Assembly (NCBI GenBank): GCA_963849325.1
Contig: CAWKHF010000012.1
Coordinates: 672,001 to 736,000, forward strand
From: an uncultured Planctomycetota bacterium
Lineage (GTDB): Bacteria > Planctomycetota > Planctomycetia > Gemmatales > Gemmataceae
Length of the DNA stretch: 64,000 nucleotides
Direction: 5' to 3'
Below, one piece after another: positions 56,661 through 64,000 of this stretch (its first letter is position 1; each line of letters starts with the position of its first letter). The notes beneath the pieces are model-generated. The model was not told the DNA's origin. It ran no database searches and saw nothing but the letters and a program-made list of their open reading frames with translations. A program made the translations under genes and the position numbers.

Positions 56661-58294
56661 TCACAAAAGCGCCGCAGTGGTCCCCGTTGGATCGGGGAGC
56701 CGGGATGGGCAGTCGAGGTGGCGCAGCCAGTGGGCGTCGTCGCGGGCAGGGTAGTCGGAGCGGAAGTGGACGCCGCGCGATTCGCGGCGCTGCAGCGCCG
56801 ACCAGATCATCAGCCGGGCGACGGTCAGCAGGTTCTGCAGCTCCCAGCCGGCCCGGCTGGCGAACTCGCGGCGCAGGACGTAGCGGCACCAGAAGGCGAC
56901 CGTGCGCTCCGCCTCCAGCAGCCCGGCGCGGTCGCGGACGATGCCCATGTTGCGCACCATCAGGCTGCGCAGCGAGTTGGTCAGGTCGGCCACGTCGAGG
57001 GCGGGTCCGCCGGTCTCCGGCTGGAAGTCGCCCTGCACCGGCGGCACGACGAAGGCGTCCGGCATGGCTGCCGCCGCCTCGGCCGCGCCCTGGCCGCAGG
57101 CCGTGCCGAAGACCAGACCTTCGAGCAGGCTGTTCGAGGCCAGCCGGTTGGCGCCGTGCAGGCCGCTCGACGTCACCTCGCCGGCCGCCCACAGTCCCGG
57201 CAGGGTCGTCCGGCCGTGCAGCGTCCACCGTGACGCCGCCGACCATGTAATGGGCACCCGGACGCACCGGGATGAGGTCGCGCGTGATGTCCAGGCCGAA
57301 CTCGCGGCAGACCTTGTCGATGCCGGGGAAGTGTTCGCGGACGCGTGGCCGGGTCGAGGTGCGACAGGTCGAGGTAGACGTTGGGGTGCTGGGTGCGTTC
57401 CATGCAGCGGACGATGGCCTGGGCGACCACGTCGCGCGTGGCCAGCTCGGCGCGCGGGTCTTCGTCGAGCATGAAGCGGACGCCGTTCTTGTCGCGCAGG
57501 TACGCCCCTTCGCCGCGCACCGCCTCGCTGATGAGGTAGCGGCTGGAGCCGGCGACGTAGAGCACGGTCGGATGGAACTGCATGAACTCCATGTCGCGCA
57601 GCTCGGCGCCGGCGCGGTAGGCGGCCGCCATGCCGTCGCCGGTCGCCACCGGCGGGTTGGTCGTCTCGCGGTAGACCATGCCGGCGCCGCCGCAGGCCAG
57701 GATGGTCTGCTTGGCCCAGATGAGCAGCTTGCCGTGCTGCTTGCGATGCACCAGGGCGCCGACGCAGCGCGCCGTCGTGGGTCAGCAGATCGATGGTGAA
57801 GGTGCGGTCCCAGAGGGTGACGTTGCGCGGCCTTGCTTGGCCCGCTCGATGATGGCCCGCATGACCTCGAAGCCGGTGGCGTCGCCGAGGGCGTGGACGA
57901 TGCGGCGATGGCTGTGGCCGCCCTCGATGCCGGGTTCGCTCGTCGAACTGCGTGCCACAGGCGGATGAGGTCGTCGATCTGCCGCGGCGCCTCGCGCACC
58001 ACCATCTCGACCACGTCGCGGTCGCACAGGCCGGCGCCGGCGGTGAGCGTGTCCTCGATGTGGTTCTCGAAGCGGTCCTCCGGCGAGCGCACGGCGGCGA
58101 TGCCGCCCTGGGCGTAGGTGCTGTTGCTCTGCTGCAAGCGGTCCTTGGTGACGACGAGCACGCGCAGGTCGCGGCGGCGCGGCCAGGGCCGCCCGCAGCC
58201 CGGCGATGCCGCCGCCGATGACGAGCAGGTCGGTGAAGACGTGCGGCGTCTGCTTGGGACCGAAGCGGACGAGATAACGCTTGGGAAACGTCAT
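56661..58294 (-). CDS. nadB: L-aspartate oxidase (many frameshifts, possible small gap near 57940)
   Basis: IGGGIAGL, SNSTYAQGGIA, EGGHSHRRIVHA, QFHPT, LISEAVRGEG, GLHGANRLASNSLLEG, ESRGVHFRSDYP. Confidence 0.93.
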
Positions 58295-58305
58295 AACGAC
58301 CACCA

Positions 58306-58469
58306 AATTCATTCACCACGGAAAACACGGAAAACACGGAAAAAGACAAAAGACAAAAATGACCTGAATACTACAAAGACCAGGTCGGCCCCTCACGTCC
58401 CTTCGTTCTTTCTGCCCTCGTTCTTGTGGTCTTTTGTCTTTTTTCCGTGTTTTCCGTGGTGAATGAATT
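58306..58469. repeat. AT-rich inverted-repeat (MITE/REP-like) element
   Basis: aattcattcaccacggaaaacacggaaaa...ttttccgtgttttccgtggtgaatgaatt with tandem cacggaaaa and gacaaaa units. Confidence 0.8.
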
Positions 58470-61400
58470 ATTTCTTGTTGGACATTTGGCGTGTGAAGGC
58501 GCGGAAGGAGTCGCGGTAGCCGGGCGGCGGCTGGCCGTGATCGGGTCCGTGGACGTCGCCGGCCGCGTTCGACGGCGCGGGCTGGATTTGCCGGCCGGGA
58601 ATGCTGGGAAGCGTCTTCGCCTGCCGAGGCTCTACCGGCGCTTCCGGCGCGGCTTGTCGGACGGCGCGGCCAGCTTCCGCTTCGACTCGACGTATTTCTT
58701 CCACGCTTCCTCCGAGACGCCGGCGTCCTTGAGGATTTTCTTATCGACCTTCTTGAGGAAGTCTTCGAGCTGCATCTGCGTGGCGCGGTGTTCGCGCGGC
58801 TGCGAAGGCTTGACCGGAGGCGATTGGGGGCCGCCGACGCCTCCGCCGTGGTCATCACCGCTGCGGTTGTTGCCGCCGCCTCCGGCCGTGTTGCCGCCCT
58901 CCCGGTTCCGCGCCGCGCTGGCCGGCGACGTGTCCCGGTCCCCGGCGCCGGGTTTGCCTTCACCCTGCGCAGCCTTATCGCCCCCCTCCCCTTTGCCTGC
59001 GGAGGGCTTGACTTCGCCCGGTGTGGACGGATCGCCGCCCTTTGGGTCGGAGCCGCCCTGTTTTCCCTCGGCCTTGCCGTCGTCGTTGTTCTCGCCCTGG
59101 CCCTTCGGCTCGCTCCGAGGGTTGCCACCGCTGGGGTTGTCTTTCGCCTCGCCCGCCCCTTCACGCTCGGCCGGAGGGCCGACGGCATCGGCGGGTTTGC
59201 CGTCGCCGTTAGGGGTGGGGTCTTGTCCTCGGCCCATCGGCGGCGCTTTCGCCTCGCCGGCACCCTTGCTCTCTTGCGGGTCGCCACCCGGTTTGCCCTC
59301 GCCCGGCTGGGGGGGCTGGTCCGGCTTGCCCTTGCCTTCGCCTCGCTCGCCACCGCCGGGCGGATTCATCGGCTCGCTGCCCTTCGCCTCGCCCTTGTCG
59401 CCCGGCATCGGATGAGGCTGGTTGTCGCCCTTGCCGTCGCCCTGCGCGGGGTCCGTGCCGGCCTGCGCTTGACCCTTGTCCTTGCCCTCGCCGGCCTGGT
59501 TGGCACCCTGCTGGCCGGCGCTCTTGCCCTCGCCTTCGGACTTGTCGCCGGCCTGACCGCCGCCGCTCGGTTGCGCATCCTTGCCCTCGCCCTCGCCGCC
59601 CTTGTCGGGCTTGGCCTCGCCCTGGCCGTTCTCGCCCTGCTGGTTTTTCTCCAGGGCGTCCTTGATCTTGTTCTCGACGTCCTGCTGCTCCTTCGGCAGT
59701 TCGTTGTTGTTCGCGCCGGATTGTTCGGATCACCCTGGCCATTGTTGGGGTCGCCTTGCTGCCCGCCTTTGTCCTGGCCTTCCGGGTTGTCCGGCTTGCC
59801 GCCATCCTTCGGCTGAGATCGGTCGCCGGCGGCCCCCTTGTCGGCCTCGTTGCTTTTGTCCTGTTCTTCCTTGTTGTGGGATTCCTGCTCTTTGCGCTCC
59901 TGCTGGCGCGTCTGGTTTTCCTGCTGGAGCTTCTGGTCCTGCTTGTCCTCGTGCTGCTTTTTGTCCTGTTCCGCCTGCTTCTTCTGTTGCTGTTGCTTCG
60001 ACTCGTCCTTCTCCGGCTCGGTGAGCAGGATGCGGTAATGCTTGCTCTCGCCGATGTTGGCTTTGGGATAATCGCAGGCGTCGGCGGCTTCGAGCCAGTA
60101 TTCCAGCTCCATGCCTGCCCGCAGCGGAAAAGCCCGTCCCTCCTCGCTTTTGACCTGAACCAGATCCACAAAGTCCTTGTATTCCAGTTCGCGCGGGTAA
60201 CCGCCGTCGGCCAGTCGCAGTTTGTCGCTCGGAGCGATACGGCTGTCCGCGCAGGGTTTCGCCGCCGACGACTTGCAGACGCAGTACCAGAACCTTGACG
60301 CCGAGGTCGTCGCTCGCCTTGCCCTCCAGGTGCAGCATCCCATCCGCCGGCAAGCGGATGTCCTGGCCCGGTTTGGTCAATTCGACCGTCGGCGGCCTGT
60401 CCGGCACCGCCGTCACCGGGTAGGCGACCGGGTCGCCATACGCCTCGCCCTCGGTCGAGGTGAAGTGTAGACGATATTTGCCATCTTCGTTGAGGACGAA
60501 GCGGACGAGCAGCACGCGCGGATCGTCGGCGGCCGGTTCGCCGGGTATGGCCTTCGTACCGTCCTTGCTCTCGAACTCCAGCCGCCCCTCGCGGAGCGTG
60601 CGGTTGGTGCGGACGCGCAGGGCAACCTCGGTGCCGCGCAGCGCCTTCAGCTCGCGCTCATGACGGACCTCGTCGGCGCGAGCGACGTAGGGCCGGTAAT
60701 GATAGGTCGCCAGGAAGTCGGTGACGGCGGGGGCGGCGCGGACGCGGATACGATACTCCTCGGTGGCGGCGTCGCCGCCGGTGACGCGATACCACAAGCC
60801 GTTCTTGACCTCGATCGCCGACAGCGACGTCGTCCATTCTCGGCTCGCGCTCGCGGAACAGCAGGCGTTCCAGCCACGGCTCGCCCTCCTCGTAGCGATA
60901 CAGCAGCTTGACCGCGTCCGGCGCCTTCGGGTCGGGTTCCTTTCCGTCCACGTCGAACGACGAAGCTGATGCCGCGGCCGACGGTGAGGACGGCGTTGCC
61001 GCCCTCGGGCTTGAGGATCGTCAACTGCGTGCGCGTCGAAACGCCGATCTGGCCGAATGGGTTGAAGGCGCGGGTGAGCAGCGAATAGAACGGCGACGGG
61101 CCGAGCAGGAAGAACGAGGCGACGAAGGCGACGGCGCACACGGCGGCGGCGCCACCCGCCCAGGCGGCGCGGCGGCCACTGATGGCACGGTCCAGATCGA
61201 CGCGCGACAGGTCCTTGGCGGCGCGCTGACCGAGCGCGCCGCGGATGGCCGGCGGCAGTGGCTGCGCGTGCAGATCGACCCAGTTGACGATACTGTTCTT
61301 CGCCTCCGGCAGCTGTCGCTCCACCTGCCGAGCCGCGTAGTAGGGATTGACCCGCAGCCGCAACGGACGAACGACCGCGACGAACAGATAGACGGCGCTG

Positions 61401-61635
61401 ACGGCCAGGATGATGTACAGCGAGAGCTGCGCGCGCGTGCGGCGATAGCTCGAGTTTGCTGTCGCACAGGACCATGCCCACGACGTAGGCCAGACCCAGG
61501 GCGGCGAAGCCGAGCAGAGCGGTCGTCAGGTCGAGCAGCCGGATGCGGCCCTCCGCCTTCGCCAGCTGGGATGCGACGAAGCGCATCGTACTTGCCGCCC
61601 GGCGTGGATTTGGCCCGGCCCAGATCGGTCGCCAT
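58468..61635 (-). CDS. Large membrane-anchored protein with Ig-like middle region and Gln/Gly/Lys/Asp/Pro-rich tail (DUF4175-like), frameshifted
   Basis: N-terminal TM helices, PDRPPTVELTKPG, ASDDLGV, EYWLEAAD, low-complexity tail, terminal PPPGYRDSFRAF. Confidence 0.7.
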
Positions 61636-61739
61636 CGCTGTACTCCCGGAAGAGACTCTCCCCCGTCTTTCGCTTTCTCTATTATAAGGGCGGAGATCGC
61701 CGTGCCTCAACGAATTCCCCACTCGCCGGGAGCCTCCCC

Positions 61740-62628
61740 ATGCAACGCCGTCAGTTTCTGCACACCGGCGCCCTCGCCGCCGCCGGACTCGCCGCCACGA
61801 CCGCTTCCGCCGCCCCCTCCGGCAAAACGGTCACGACCCCGAAATTCCGCCTCGGTCTCGTCACCTACAACCTGGCCGCGTCGTGGGGCCTCGACACGCT
61901 GCTTCGCGTGTGCAAGAGCACCGGCGTCTCGCCGGTCGAGCTACGCACCACGCACAAGCACGGCGTCGAGCCGTCGCTTGAGCAAGGACCAGCGTAAGGA
62001 CGTGCGCCGTCGCTTCGCCGATGCGGGCGTCGCCATCTGGGGCTGCGGCACGGTCTGCGAGTTCCAGTCGCCCGACGCCGCCGTCGTCCACAAGAACATC
62101 GAAACGTGCAAGGCGTTCGTGGACCTCGTCGCCGACCTCGGCGGCCGCGGCGTCAAGGTACGGCCCAACGGTCTGCCCAAGGGCGTACCCGTCGAGAAGA
62201 CGCTGGAGCAGATCGGCAAGGCGCTGATCCCGTGCGGCAAGGCGGCGGCAGACGCCGGCGTCGAAATCTGGGTCGAGGTCCACGGATACGGCACCGCCCA
62301 TCCGCCGCACGTGAAGACCATCATGCAGCACTGCGGCCATCCGAAGGTTGGCCTGACCTGGAACTCCAACTCCACCGATCTTAAGGATGGCTCGGTGGAG
62401 GAGTATTTCGAGCTGCTATGGCCGTGGATTCGTTCGTGTCACATCAATGAACTGTACAAGGACGCGGCCGGTGTCTACCCCTACCGTGAGCTGTTCCGCC
62501 TGTTCCGCGAACACGGCTATGATCGAGCGACACTGTGCGAGGTCGGCCGCGGCTGGGCCGACGAGACGGCCGGTGCCGAGGTGCTGCGCTATTACAAGGC
62601 GCTGTGGACGGAACTGAATCGCGGCTGA
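61740..62628 (+). CDS. Tat-exported sugar phosphate isomerase/epimerase (TIM barrel), frameshift near 61980
   Basis: MQRRQFL Tat motif, VELRTTHKHG, GVKVRPN, WVEVHG, CHINEL. Confidence 0.88.
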
Positions 62629-62794
62629 AGCCCTGTATCCCGAAAGGGCTTCTTGCCCTGTCGAAATGCTTGGAAAAAGGAACAGCTAATCCCGATTATC
62701 CCGATCGTTGAGATAGGGTCGAAAAACGGGTACAATTATCTCGGCTGTAAAGGGTGCCTTGATGGTTGACACGAACCCTTGCGGAGGATGCGTC

Positions 62795-63259
62795 ATGATC
62801 GCCATCCCCGACTTCTTCCAAGACGAGAGTGAGGAAGCGCTCCGCTCCCAGGTCGAGTGGCAGTCGGGACACCTCGGGCTGGAAGACAGCTTTTTCGCCA
62901 GACTCCTCCGTGAGGATCCGCGCATTTTTTCCGGCTGGAGGAGGGACGCCGACGCCCTCACCAGGGGCAAGGAGGACGTGTTGCGCGACTGGTGGCAGAC
63001 GGTCCTCCATTTGCTTTCCTTCCAGAGCTTCGACGAAGAGAAAGTCCGAGCGCTTCTGGAGCAGACAGCCCCGACCCACCTCCGGGCCGAGCCGTCGGTG
63101 TTCTCCCCAGCTTGGTCCACGTCGTCGCTAAAGGAGTACCTGGAGAACCTAGGTCCAGAGGCGATTGCGGAGGTGAACAGGTGGGTGGAATCGTTTCGGT
63201 TCGGCGACCCCTACACGCCGCACCGTAGGGGTAGCTCATGCCTGTCAACCCAAACCTAG
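62795..63259 (+). CDS. Divergent Xre/MbcA-like antitoxin
   Basis: HTH-like LGLEDSFFARLL...FSGWRR; C-terminal YLENLGPEAIAEVNRWV; overlaps the RES gene. Confidence 0.6.
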   Translation: MIAIPDFFQDESEEALRSQVEWQSGHLGLEDSFFARLLREDPRIFSGWRRDADALTRGKEDVLRDWWQTVLHLLSFQSFDEEKVRALLEQTAPTHLRAEPSVFSPAWSTSSLKEYLENLGPEAIAEVNRWVESFRFGDPYTPHRRGSSCLSTQT

Positions 63260-63963
63260 CGGTCGCCATCCAGGCAGGCGTTCCTCTCTACCGGATCACC
63301 GCCCTCTCTTACCGCACACCCAACCCCATTCACCACAAGAAGGTGGTGAACGGGATGGGGGCTAAGAACAGCTACGCCGGCGGGAGGTACAACCACGGCG
63401 GCGTCGTGACCGTCTACTTGGCGGACAGCATCGAGACATGCTTCGCGGAGAAGATGTTCTACTTCCAGCGGGAGGTCGTCCGCCGCCTCGACGCTCTGCA
63501 CCTGCCCCTTAGTCCTGGCCTACCCACGTTCTTGGGCACGTTCACTCTTTGGGAGATACGCCTCAAAAAAGCCGTCTCGGACGTCTGTCATCTGACGCAG
63601 GCCAGCGCCAGCGCCGTCGGCGTTTTCCCTTCCCTCATGGTGAACCCGTCCCAGGACTACGACCACCTGAAGGACCGGAGGATGTTCATCCAGAGTAACG
63701 GCTACAAGGGGATCCGGCGCACTTCCAGTAGATCGGCGGCGGGCGGCGAGATCATCGTGTTGTTCGATGACCAGAGTAAGAACGTGGATTTGGCCCCTTA
63801 CACGGTCGAGTTCCGCCTGGTGACACATCCACCCGTGGCCCCGTTCGGCAACCACCTGACGGAACTGCTCGATTTCACGGCCGGCGAGGTGCGGTTCGTC
63901 GGGGGGGCGCCTCCGGGGATCGCGGGGTACGTCGGCTGGACCCGGGCACCCTTCAACCACTGA
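63238..63963 (+). CDS. RES-domain toxin
   Basis: LYRI, GGRYN, VYLADSIETCFAE, GIRRTSSR, IIVLF. Confidence 0.8.
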   Translation: MPVNPNLAVAIQAGVPLYRITALSYRTPNPIHHKKVVNGMGAKNSYAGGRYNHGGVVTVYLADSIETCFAEKMFYFQREVVRRLDALHLPLSPGLPTFLGTFTLWEIRLKKAVSDVCHLTQASASAVGVFPSLMVNPSQDYDHLKDRRMFIQSNGYKGIRRTSSRSAAGGEIIVLFDDQSKNVDLAPYTVEFRLVTHPPVAPFGNHLTELLDFTAGEVRFVGGAPPGIAGYVGWTRAPFNH

Positions 63964-64000
63964 CGCGAGGTTTGTTTTGCCGCTATGCTCGGCATAAAGC

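Noticed and set aside
58632-59900. Gly/Pro-rich tail as collagen-like
   Set aside because: No sustained Gly-X-Y periodicity; ordinary disordered low-complexity sequence.

Overview
High-GC bacterial DNA with strong Planctomycetota (Gemmataceae-like) signatures: a DUF1549/DUF1553 + DUF1501 pair, sulfatases, a YTV-type Cys-rich protein and many REP-like palindromes. Many genes, including housekeeping ones (valS, nadB, cimA, sat, EF-G paralogue), are split by single-base frameshifts. This is most simply explained by uncorrected long-read indels, so I stitched those genes by eye and some ends are approximate. Core genes: hisA, EF-G2, cysH-rrf2-sat, valS, cimA, nadB. Accessory content: a VapBC module flanked by a duplicated 3' gene end, a decayed restriction-modification patch, a Czc/Cus-type RND efflux set, xisHI, Uma2 and an Xre-RES pair. 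The main candidate system is a lasso-peptide-type RiPP island at ~36.1-47.4 kb. It has two tandem precursors with poly-Gly rings and Val instead of the canonical Thr(-2), a fused B1-B2, a cyclase, an ATPase-less ABC membrane protein and a divergent ~2000-aa secreted TPR-CHAT protease. Three copies of an 89-bp MITE punctuate it, and an excisionase relic lies at its left edge. An unannotated Ile/Val leader-peptide attenuator sits upstream of cimA. No rRNA, tRNA or CRISPR array was seen. All family calls come from motif recognition by eye, not from database searches.
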